Shown here: piece by piece, positions 52,396 through 60,938 of the stretch
How positions within the stretch are numbered: the stretch's first letter is position 1
How the letters are laid out: every line of letters begins with the position of its first letter
From: Aggregatilineales bacterium
GTDB taxonomy: Bacteria > Chloroflexota > Anaerolineae > Aggregatilineales > UBA2796
DNA length: 64,000 nt
Assembly: GCA_038239365.1 (NCBI GenBank)
Contig: JBBSEU010000001.1
Location: forward strand, 9,688 to 73,687
Direction of reading: 5' to 3'
Notes under the pieces: generated by a model
The model's input: the letters and a program-made list of their open reading frames with translations, nothing else
Database searches by the model: none
What the model was told of the DNA's origin: nothing
Made by a program: the position numbers and the translations under genes

Positions 52396-53375
52396 CCCCA
52401 CACAATTACCGTATTATCTTTGCTACCGGATGCGATCCGCGCGCCATCACTCGAAAACGCAATGCTATGCACCTTATCAGTGTGCCGCCGCAAGACCCCA
52501 ATCGGATAAGGGCGGCGGTCATCAATACGCCATAAACGGATCGTATGGTCACTTGAGGCAGACGCTAGTCGCAAGCCGTCCGGCGAAAAAGCCACGCATT
52601 GAACGCAGTCTTCATGCGCGCGGAGCGTGATCGGCACGGCATAGCGAAGCGTCGTCAGATCGTGTGGCAACAGCGATAAATCCCAGATTTTGACGGTGCC
52701 ATCATAACTGCCCGATGCCAGCCGCCGTCCGTCAGGTGAAAAGGCGGCACTCGTCACACCATCGGTATGGCTGCGAAGGGTCACCAACGGTGCGGTAGTT
52801 TGCCTGTTCAGGATAGCGCGCAAATCCCACAACAGCAGCGTATTATCCATGCTGGTCGAAATCAACCAGCGCGCGTTAGGTGATACTACCACCTGATAAA
52901 CATGACCGTTGTGCCCACTCAGAGCAATCGGCGGGCGCTGCGGCTTTTCCAGATCGATCAGCCGCACAACGTTGTCCGTGCCGCCGGAGATCAGCCAGCG
53001 TTCATCGGGAGTGAAGGTCACACTGTAGACCGCGCCCGAATGCGCTTCCAGTCCGAGTCGCAACCAGGCGGCCAGTCTGCGCCGAAGGGCAAGCTGCCAT
53101 AAGCGAACCCGGTGATCATTGCTGCCTGTCGCCAGCCAACTGTGTCGTGGCGAAAAAGTGACGCTGGAAACTGAACCCGCGTGCCCTTCGAGTGTTGAGT
53201 CAAGTCGCTCCGCCGATAAATCCCACAGTTTGACCGTGTTATCGTAGCTGCCAGAGGCCAGATAGCGAGGGTTTGCAGAAAGGCTTGCAAAGGCGACGCT
53301 GTACACCGTTTGAGTGTGGCCGCGTAGCGTCATGAGCGGCTCAAATTTCCCGGATCGGCTGAGTGGCGCAACCAT
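52392..53375 (-). CDS. Stand-alone seven-blade WD40 repeat protein
   Basis: Seven repeats ending VKLWDL, VRLWQL, VRLIDL, LLLWDL, VKIWDL, IRLWRI, VIVWG, each preceded by GH-type starts (LRGHTQTVYSVAF, LEGHAGSVSSVTF...). Confidence 0.85.
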   Translation of the reverse strand: MVAPLSRSGKFEPLMTLRGHTQTVYSVAFASLSANPRYLASGSYDNTVKLWDLSAERLDSTLEGHAGSVSSVTFSPRHSWLATGSNDHRVRLWQLALRRRLAAWLRLGLEAHSGAVYSVTFTPDERWLISGGTDNVVRLIDLEKPQRPPIALSGHNGHVYQVVVSPNARWLISTSMDNTLLLWDLRAILNRQTTAPLVTLRSHTDGVTSAAFSPDGRRLASGSYDGTVKIWDLSLLPHDLTTLRYAVPITLRAHEDCVQCVAFSPDGLRLASASSDHTIRLWRIDDRRPYPIGVLRRHTDKVHSIAFSSDGARIASGSKDNTVIVWG

Positions 53376-53405
53376 AAGCGTTTGCCTGATTCTAGTGAAT
53401 GTTAC

Positions 53406-54647
53406 CTAGCGTTCCGAAATCTCCGTTTCTGAGAGGAAATAGACGTGCATTCGCAGCCCACCCAACCGTATTTCATCGCCATTTTTAAGAGGATGCGGCT
53501 GATTCGGCATCAGCGAATAACCGTTAACAAAAGTGCCATTGGCGCTGTTGTTATCCTCGACCTCAACGTTTGCGCCAACGCGCCGTATCGTTGCATGGAC
53601 ACGTGAAACGCCTTTATCAAACGCCTGATATGACTCCAGATCAACATGCGCTTTGGCTGACTGCCCGGTAAGCTGCCGTCCGAGTGTCAACTGCGGCTGC
53701 ACCACCGCGGTCAATGGTTCGCGGAAATTATCAATAAATAACACAATCGTGTCTTTGCGCGTCTCTGCCGGGATGAAGTCGAGCCGGGCAGTACCCGTGA
53801 GTCGTTTGGTCTTCATCGACGGGTTAGCCGCTTCGCTGCTATAGACAAGCGTGCTGATCACCCGCGTCAGTTCTTTCCAATCGACGGGTTTTGCTATGAA
53901 AACATCTGCACCCGCTTCCATCGCACCACGAACCGATTCTTTATCGTTCAGGGCGCTCACCACAATAATCGGAATCGAGGGTAGCTGCGTATCACGGCGC
54001 ACGTAACGGCACAGTTCCAGGCCGCGAATGCCGGGCAGCATCAGATCAAGCATGATCGCGCTGGGTGTCAGATGATTGAGCGCACGAATGGCAGTAACCA
54101 GTTCGCGCGCCGACTGCACTACATAACCGCCGCGCTCTAAGGCCACACGAAACATTTCGGAGAGGTTTTGATCGTCCTCGACAACGAGTATGCGCTGTCC
54201 CGTGCCTTTGGTGGGCACACCTGCAAACGATAGTTCCTCACGCATAGCCAGGATACTGGTTTTGCGGGGGCGTGCCCGAAGGCTGATTTCCCCCTTCATA
54301 TGACCCAGGTACAGAATATCGCCCGTTGAGATACGGACGGGTTCGTTGGGGGTCAACACATCGCCATTCAGGACGCTGCCATTACCCGCGCCCAGGTCTT
54401 GATAGCTCAGTGACGTGCCATCATTCGTGACGATCCCATGTTTGCGCGAAACACCAAGCTCTACGCCGTTGTAGTCGGTCAGATCGACGCTGGGCATTTC
54501 GGCCTGACCGTTGGGGGTACGGCCTAGCAGCAGTTCATGTTCAACCGTGAAGTGAACCACCTGCGGCGGATCCTCGATCTTAAAATCAACGTCCCAATCC
54601 AGTTCCGCAGAAGCCGCTTTTTTGCCCTGCTCGATCTTACCGGACAT
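53406..54647 (-). CDS. FHA - receiver (REC) - FHA three-domain protein
   Basis: N-terminal FHA LLLGRTPNG...GVSRKHGIV...AGNGSVLNG. REC ILVVEDDQN...AIMLDLMLPG...IIVVSAL...FIAKP (acidic pocket, phospho-acceptor Asp, Ser/Thr and Lys all present). C-terminal FHA LTLGRQ...GVSRVHATI...SANGTFVNG...GDEIRL. Confidence 0.85.
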   Translation of the reverse strand: MSGKIEQGKKAASAELDWDVDFKIEDPPQVVHFTVEHELLLGRTPNGQAEMPSVDLTDYNGVELGVSRKHGIVTNDGTSLSYQDLGAGNGSVLNGDVLTPNEPVRISTGDILYLGHMKGEISLRARPRKTSILAMREELSFAGVPTKGTGQRILVVEDDQNLSEMFRVALERGGYVVQSARELVTAIRALNHLTPSAIMLDLMLPGIRGLELCRYVRRDTQLPSIPIIVVSALNDKESVRGAMEAGADVFIAKPVDWKELTRVISTLVYSSEAANPSMKTKRLTGTARLDFIPAETRKDTIVLFIDNFREPLTAVVQPQLTLGRQLTGQSAKAHVDLESYQAFDKGVSRVHATIRRVGANVEVEDNNSANGTFVNGYSLMPNQPHPLKNGDEIRLGGLRMHVYFLSETEISER

Positions 54648-56594
54648 TTATATAACCTTTATTGTGTGCAGGATAAACAGGCCGACAGCGGCGGCAATGA
54701 TCAACAGCACCAGTATCACGACGACCAGGATTATGGGGCTGCGTCCCTGTTTTTTCGGTTTTATGTCTTCGGGGCGCGGCGCGGCCATCATACCGGTGAG
54801 GCCGCTTCCGCCATCCAGCATATTGCGCTTGAGCGATGAACGCCGCATAAAATCCGTGCGATATTGTTCTTCCAACTGGCGGGCGGTGGTCGGCTGCGCG
54901 CCAGCCGCGCTGGGCGGCACAGACGCATATTTGCTAAAGTCGTATGGCTTCGATTCCGGCGGTGCGGATGGCTGCGCGCCTGGATAAGACGACATTGGCA
55001 TATCCGGCATGGTCTTGTCCATGCCGGGTGTCCCTGGCCGGGAGTAACCCGGTGTTTCCGGTTGGGGGCGTTGCGGGACATAGGGCGCTGAGTAGGGCGA
55101 ACTATCCGCCTTCGCATCATTGCGCTGTGCCGATGGTGATACATAGGGCGCAGCATAGGGCGGCTCTGGCGCACGCGCAGCAGGTGAAACGTAGGGCTGC
55201 TGATAGGGTTCTGGCTGCGGTGTGGGTGGTGGTGTTGGTGCCCCGCCGATAAATGTATCCAGTTCTGGTTCTTTTGCGGGCTGACGCAGTTGATCAACCG
55301 AAAACCCTTCGGGCATCGTCCGATCCATTGCCATTGGCTCAGGTTGCGGCGCACGAGTCGGTGGTGGCACGGGAGTCGGTGGTGGGGTTGGCGGCGCGGC
55401 AGCCTGACGTAATTGATCAACCGAAAACCCTTCAGGCATCGTCCGATCCATCGCCATTGGCGGCGGTTCAGGCGCACGAGCCGGTGGTGGCGCGGGAGTT
55501 GGTGGTGGGGTTAGCGGCGCGACAGCCTGACGTAATTGATCAACCGAAAACCCTTCGGGCATTGTGCGATCCATCGCCATTGGCGGCGGTTCTGGCGCAC
55601 GGGCTGGTGGTGGCGCGACAGCCTGACGTAATTGATCAACCGAAAACCCTTAGGGCATTGTGCGATCCATCGCCATTGGCGGCGGTTCTGGCGCGCGAAC
55701 AGGCGCGGCAAGTGGCGCTATTGACGGCGCTGACAGAGTACGGAGTGCCTCGGTCAGCGCGCCAATGTAATCGGCATACGATGAATAACGCTGCGATGCG
55801 TCTTTTGCCAGCCCGCGCGTGATGATCGGCGTCAGCACTGCCAACGATGGATCAATCACTGCCGGAGTCGGGATCGGCGCACCGGTGTGTTGAGCAATGA
55901 CCTGTTGCGGGGTGCTGGCTGTGTAGGGTGGCTGCCCCGTGACCATCTCGTAGAGCAGTGCGGTGAGCGAATACTGATCGGAAAGTGCCGTAATCGGTTG
56001 CCCGCGCACAACTTCGGGCGCGGCGTAATAGGCCAGCGAGAGATCATCAGTCAACGCTTTGGGAAGTCTCAAACCGATCAGTGGCGCAAATCCCACATCA
56101 CCTAACAGGGGACCCCGTTTGCTGCTGACCGTGATCGACAGCGGCGAAAGGCTGCCATGCAGCATCGCGTTTTGGGCGGCGTAAGCCAACGCTTCGGCCA
56201 AAATTTGCGTATATTCCAGGGCGGTGTTGAGCGCAATTCGCCCGTCTTCATCAAGTTTGCGGCGCAGCGTAGGCGATTTATGATATTCAGCGACGACGTA
56301 GAAGGTCTCGTTGTCGTTGCCGTAATCATATAGCTTGAGCAGGTACGGTGAATTAAAGCCGAGCAGTGTCTTGATCGTCTCCCGAAAGCGTACCTGAAAG
56401 CCGGGCTGTGCAGTCAGGGAAGGAGTCAGTATCTTGAGCGCGATCTTGAGTTTGACGGCTTCGTGGGACGCCAGATAAGTATCCAACACCGCATTCGAGG
56501 TCACCAGTTCGAGAACTGAATAGGTGATGGGCATGGTATCCACCATATGATGAACCGTCTGCCCAACAAGTGATCGCTTATCCTGATTCGCCAC
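54648..56594 (-). pseudogene. Kinase-like (predicted pseudokinase) protein with a 4x tandem repeat, Pro-rich region and C-terminal TM anchor. One in-frame TAA at 55652..55650 splits it into ORFs 55650..56594 and 54648..55580.
   Basis: Both ORFs share one frame. The stop sits where the other three repeat copies have GAA (MAMDRTMP-E-GFSVDQLRQ). The kinase fold is recognisable (IALKIL, RETIKTL, GDVGFA, AAPEV), but HRD is HGS and there is no Gly-rich loop. The C-terminus RSPIILVVVILVLLIIAAAVGLFIL is a TM helix. Could also be a sequencing error or two functional genes. Confidence 0.65.
55281..55700 (-). repeat. In-frame tandem coding repeat, 4 copies (periods 96, 123, 123 nt)
   Basis: Core CTGACG(T/C)A(A/G)TTGATCAACCGAAAACCCTT..GGCAT.GT.CGATCCAT.GCCATTGG recurs with the 18 aa cores at 55676..55623, 55580..55527, 55457..55404 and 55334..55281, encoding MAMDRTMPEGFSVDQLRQ plus Pro/Ala-rich spacers. 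Confidence 0.85.
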
Positions 56595-56630
56595 AGCCGT
56601 AATCCTCAGCCACTTGACACAATTGATTGA

Positions 56631-58946
56631 TTAGTAATCCAGATCAAACCTGAATTCGAGCGATCCGAGGCGGATCAGATCGCCATTTTTCAGGTGTTTG
56701 GGCACGTCGGGCAGCATTTTCACATTATTGACGAATGTTCCATTGCGGCTGGCCCGATCTGTGATGTAAAAACCGTCTTCGCCGATGCTAATCTCGGCAT
56801 GTCGCCGCCCAATCAGAACGGGTTCGCCATCCAGCAGCATATTCGCCAGATCAATATCCGGGAAGTAACCAATTTCCGGTATTGCTCGCCCGATCACCGT
56901 CTCCCGATCCTTGTTGATCGGGAACGACTTGCCGCCCGACTGCGTCCAGATCAGGTAGACGCGCATATCCATTCGCATTTGACGATGTGCATTATACAGC
57001 TTTTCTAAAAGACGGCGCGTGTCCGGGCTGATCAATCGCTGGCGGCTGGCACGTCGATCCGCGTCTGGTGTGGGGCGTCCGGGGTCACGAATACCTGACC
57101 AGCGTACTTTCAACTCCTGGATCGTTTCCATGATCTTATCGACGTTTTCCATCTGGATCACGCCGCCCTGTTCGGGGTTACGCTTGACGCGCCGATCCAA
57201 CTCGCTGAGCGTATCGCCCATCAGATACGAGATCACACGCTTGAACTCTTCGTCGCTTGCCAGATCATCGGAAGGCAGCAGAATATATTGACGTAGCATT
57301 TCCAGATCGCTGGCAACGCCGGGTTGCGGGTGGAAATCTTCGATACGAAGGCGATCTGTTGTGCGTTTGTCGCGGAAAAATTCGGCCAGATAAGGTTCGC
57401 CAGTCTTAGGATCAATGGGCGAGTCGAACTGCTCCACCTGTTTTTCATCAGCCGACATTTGCAGCCGGAACAACGGCACCACTTCGACTTGCAGCTTATC
57501 GGCTTCCATATCCGGCTCCATCGAGCGAATCCAGCCCAATTCGCTGATACGGCGGCCACCATCGGCCTGACGTTCGGCATGGATGACCAGTTGGAAAGCG
57601 TTGTAAATGTGCCCGACGATCTCCGCTTCATTCTGGACGCCCGCGTTGGACATACGTACCAGCGCCTGCAAACGGCTGACGGCGTACTGTGGGCCGCTGG
57701 AGTGAATTGTACAAATCGAGCCGTCATGCCCGGTGTTCAACGCCTGGAGCATATCCCATGCTTCCGCGCCGCGCACCTCACCCACGATGATCCGACGCGG
57801 TGAAAGGCGCAGCGAATTGATCACCAGATCGCGCATGGTGTAGCTGGTGCCTTCACGAGTGCTGGCTGTTTTGGTCAGCAGCGAAACGACGTTCTTTTCA
57901 TCCACATCCAAATTGCTGATGCGCGCCAAATCTTTAACGTCGATTTCGCCCGCGCCGTCGCCGTTTCGATCTCCGGTGAGCTGCAATTCCTGGGTGTCTT
58001 CAATGGTCACAACGCGCTCATGTGCCGGGATGAAACCCGCGATCACGTTGAGCAGAGTCGTTTTACCCGCGCCAGTGCCGCCCGTCACCAGAATATTGAA
58101 GCGCGAACGCACAACCAGCCCCAAAAGCGCCATCAGCCGCACATTGTACACGCCGCGCAAGAGCAAATCGCGCCAGTTCCATGTCCCGACGTGTTTACGA
58201 ATGGTGATGTACCACAGGCCATCGGCGGCAATCGGTGGGATCGTGATGTTGATACGGTGTTCGGTGTTGGGCAGCTTAGCATCGAGGATCGGGGAGTTTT
58301 CGTCAACGCGACGGTTGATCTCCGATAGGTTGCGGTAGACCACGTTTCGCAGGTGTTCGTGGCTGCGAAAGTGAATCGTTTCATCCACTGAGCCGAGGCG
58401 CGGACGCTTGCTGCGAACCTGTCGCACGCGGTCTTCGGCGCGCGTCTTGACCAACACCTGATTCCAGCCGATCACGTAAATATCTTCGGCCATCTCGTCT
58501 TCATTATCGCGCTCGTAGTCAGTAACCAGTTCTTCGAGCGGACCAAAACCAACCATATCGTCCAGGATTTCTTCTGACCAGGCCGTGATCGCGTTGCGGC
58601 GGCCTAACTCATCCTGAGCGCGCATCCGCTTGATCAGGTCAAGTGCGATGTGATCCAGTTCATCATCGTTGAGCAGTTCGACGCATGTTTTGCGGATGAT
58701 AGGGGTCAGCAGGCGGCGGCGTTCAGCCTTCGACATGGTCATTAACGAGGCGTCATCGGCAAAACCGGGCACGATCAAGCCTTTGAGTGGCGCTTTACGG
58801 ACAGCCTGGCCGCGCGGTTTGTAATCGATCATCGTGCCCATACGCGCCATTTGTGCCAGCCGCCGGGCTGCCGCACGTTTCAGTATTTCGACTTCGCTGT
58901 CTGTGTACGTGAGCGCCTGCTGCTCGGTTTGCTCCATGACTGCCAT
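56631..58946 (-). CDS. cpaF: CpaF/TadA-type secretion ATPase with long N-terminal extension and C-terminal FHA domain
   Basis: Walker [14 protein letters not shown], Asp box [12 protein letters not shown], Walker [14 protein letters not shown], His box [13 protein letters not shown]. Residues ~680-771 carry VIGRA...IGRRHAEI...[10 protein letters not shown]...GDLIRLG (FHA). 771 aa in total. Confidence 0.9.
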   Translation of the reverse strand: MAVMEQTEQQALTYTDSEVEILKRAAARRLAQMARMGTMIDYKPRGQAVRKAPLKGLIVPGFADDASLMTMSKAERRRLLTPIIRKTCVELLNDDELDHIALDLIKRMRAQDELGRRNAITAWSEEILDDMVGFGPLEELVTDYERDNEDEMAEDIYVIGWNQVLVKTRAEDRVRQVRSKRPRLGSVDETIHFRSHEHLRNVVYRNLSEINRRVDENSPILDAKLPNTEHRINITIPPIAADGLWYITIRKHVGTWNWRDLLLRGVYNVRLMALLGLVVRSRFNILVTGGTGAGKTTLLNVIAGFIPAHERVVTIEDTQELQLTGDRNGDGAGEIDVKDLARISNLDVDEKNVVSLLTKTASTREGTSYTMRDLVINSLRLSPRRIIVGEVRGAEAWDMLQALNTGHDGSICTIHSSGPQYAVSRLQALVRMSNAGVQNEAEIVGHIYNAFQLVIHAERQADGGRRISELGWIRSMEPDMEADKLQVEVVPLFRLQMSADEKQVEQFDSPIDPKTGEPYLAEFFRDKRTTDRLRIEDFHPQPGVASDLEMLRQYILLPSDDLASDEEFKRVISYLMGDTLSELDRRVKRNPEQGGVIQMENVDKIMETIQELKVRWSGIRDPGRPTPDADRRASRQRLISPDTRRLLEKLYNAHRQMRMDMRVYLIWTQSGGKSFPINKDRETVIGRAIPEIGYFPDIDLANMLLDGEPVLIGRRHAEISIGEDGFYITDRASRNGTFVNNVKMLPDVPKHLKNGDLIRLGSLEFRFDLDY

Positions 58947-58998
58947 TAAAAATTTTCCCTGTCTAAACGCCCATGTTGAAAGCTGATAATATTATAGC

Positions 58999-59997
58999 TC
59001 ATGGCGTCAGTGGAATGTTAGCGACAAACAAGCCGACACTGGCAAGCAGCGTCAGCATCAAGGCCAGCACAAGCAGCGATTGAGGATAAACAATCGTAAC
59101 GCGCGCCGTGGAGGCCGCTTGTTCCGCCGCTTTGAGTCGTCCATTACGCACGCGATCCACGATTTCGGGCAGGGTATCGCGCAGTGAACTACCCACTTCC
59201 TGGGAGAGCGTGACGGCCTGTGTCAGTTCGTCCCAGAGCGTGACCGCCGCATCGCTGAACTCGTTTTCGTCGCCTTCTTTACGCATGGTGGCGCGCAATC
59301 CCAACGAATCCATAAAATCGGCACGGGAGACGCCCATATTACGTTCAAACAAGGCTTGTGCCAGTTCGATTCCAAGTGGATATTGATCGGGCTTGAGCAG
59401 ATAGCGATCATAAATCGTGCGCCCCGCCGTTTCAAGCGCCTGATCGAACTCTGCCCCGGCGCGCATCGTGATCGCCATCAGCTCCAGTAGGTCGGCCAAT
59501 TGCAGTAGAAGGCGCTGTTTGCGCTGCTCAACGCGGCGCTTGAGGGCAATTGTCGGGAAGCGCCAACCCAGAAAGCCCAGCCCCAACGACAGAACAACCG
59601 CCACGCTCAGGACAAAATCAGCGGGTGCAGGTGGATTTTCCAGATTTTGTTTGGCCTGAACGGTCATACCAGGCAGACTCGCGTCGGTGAAAGTGGGCAC
59701 TTCGGACAGCCAGCCCGCCGCTGAACAGGCCAGAAAAATCCCCAGCACCGCCCCCGCCCCTTGCAGCCAACGGTAACGCCAGGGAGTGGCTCGGAATGGA
59801 TCGTTCAAATAGGACAGCCGCTGCTCCATTTCCGCATCCTGGCGGCGGCGTAATGCTGTCGGCATCAAAAAGACGATGAGCGCGGCGGGCACGCGCCCCA
59901 ACAGCCCGAACGCGCGGCGACGTGGCCGTGAGTTCCACAACCCGGTAGCGAATAAGACCATCAAAATGACCGTCGCAAACATTCCGTACTGACCCAT
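58999..59997 (-). CDS. Type II secretion system F-family membrane protein (TadC-like)
   Basis: Position after the tadB-like gene. N-terminal TM, cytoplasmic helical domain (LLLQLADLLELMAITMRAGAEFDQALE), C-terminal TM pair. Confidence 0.75.
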   Translation of the reverse strand: MGQYGMFATVILMVLFATGLWNSRPRRRAFGLLGRVPAALIVFLMPTALRRRQDAEMEQRLSYLNDPFRATPWRYRWLQGAGAVLGIFLACSAAGWLSEVPTFTDASLPGMTVQAKQNLENPPAPADFVLSVAVVLSLGLGFLGWRFPTIALKRRVEQRKQRLLLQLADLLELMAITMRAGAEFDQALETAGRTIYDRYLLKPDQYPLGIELAQALFERNMGVSRADFMDSLGLRATMRKEGDENEFSDAAVTLWDELTQAVTLSQEVGSSLRDTLPEIVDRVRNGRLKAAEQAASTARVTIVYPQSLLVLALMLTLLASVGLFVANIPLTP

Positions 59998-60008
59998 AAT
60001 GATCCCTG

Positions 60009-60920
60009 CTACACGTCCGTCGAATTAATCTGAATGATCCAATATACGCTGATGCCAATGGCGGTGAAGGCCAGGATCAATACAAAACGCCCAAAATAGG
60101 TACCATACAGCAGCCCACTGAATAATGGAAAAGCCGTCAGGCCAAGAAATAGCCCAACGATGATCACCACGAGCGACGTGGCGGCCTGCCTTCCCGGAGC
60201 AAGCTGCGTGCGAATTTCGCGCTCAGTGGCTTCGCGCTGATGCAGCAGTCGGGATAAATCATTGAGCAGTTCACCCAGATCGCCGCCCAATGGTCGTACT
60301 ACCGAAATGGTGAGCGCCGCCTGATCGAGTGCGTCACTTTGATACAGTGGGTTTTGCGCGATCTCAGCCAGAGCTTCGTCAATCGAGATCAGGCCGCCGC
60401 TTGCCACCATTTTAATCAGTGCATCGCCAAATTCCTGGCTGATCGGCTTGCCAAACTGAGTCGCCACGCGCTGAACGGCGGCTTCGACAGAGTGCCCGGC
60501 GGCGATCTCGTCACCCATAATGCCCAGGGCTTCGGGCAGCAAGCGCGCCATATTCTTTTGGGCAGCGCGATTGTAGAGCGAGTTGCCCACCAGGATCGCA
60601 AAGATGACGCCAATGACGCCGAACAGCAGCAGGAAGACAAGTCCGAAGCGCAATGAATCATCACCCGAACCGGCCAACAATGTCGAGACCAGCACAGCCA
60701 CGACTCCAAACCCGATCCAAAACGATCCGGCGGTCAGGTGTGTGCCGCGCGTGAGTTCCAGATAATCGGCAACTCGTTCCATCGAGGCGGCAATGCGTTG
60801 ATACAGACCGGGCTTGCCGTTGGCAGTTCGCAGCAACACCACGTTCAAGCCATCGATCATGCGGCGCAGCAAGCCAAGTCGCCACACGATATACAGCGCG
60901 ATTAGCTCTACAACCAGCAC
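60009..60920 (-). CDS. Type II secretion system F-family membrane protein (TadB-like)
   Basis: GTG start. LPEALGIMGDEIAAGHSVEAAVQRV...LGGDLGELLNDLSRLL helical domain flanked by TM helices. Confidence 0.75.
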   Translation of the reverse strand: MLVVELIALYIVWRLGLLRRMIDGLNVVLLRTANGKPGLYQRIAASMERVADYLELTRGTHLTAGSFWIGFGVVAVLVSTLLAGSGDDSLRFGLVFLLLFGVIGVIFAILVGNSLYNRAAQKNMARLLPEALGIMGDEIAAGHSVEAAVQRVATQFGKPISQEFGDALIKMVASGGLISIDEALAEIAQNPLYQSDALDQAALTISVVRPLGGDLGELLNDLSRLLHQREATEREIRTQLAPGRQAATSLVVIIVGLFLGLTAFPLFSGLLYGTYFGRFVLILAFTAIGISVYWIIQINSTDV

Positions 60921-60938
60921 GCTCTAGACTCCATTTCT

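Noticed and set aside
55281-55700. Possible CRISPR-like array (regularly spaced near-identical repeats)
   Set aside because: The repeats are in frame within a protein-coding gene. Their periods (96/123 nt) are multiples of three, and the spacers are similar Pro/Ala-coding sequences rather than unique spacers. There are no cas genes in the window.
55253-55822. 189 aa plus-strand ORF with striking DQPKTL... repeats (and the 54788..55477 minus-frame ORF)
   Set aside because: The periodicity is the mirror image of the coding repeat in the kinase-like gene on the minus strand. The minus-strand frame continues into a kinase fold upstream and a TM anchor downstream, so it is the real frame.
58947-58998. 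Internal promoter for cpaF at the palindromic GCTGATAATATTATAGC (reverse-strand TATAAT)
   Set aside because: The -10-like hexamer has no acceptable -35 or extended -10 on the reverse strand. It may simply be an AT-rich spacer, so it is not reported as a feature.
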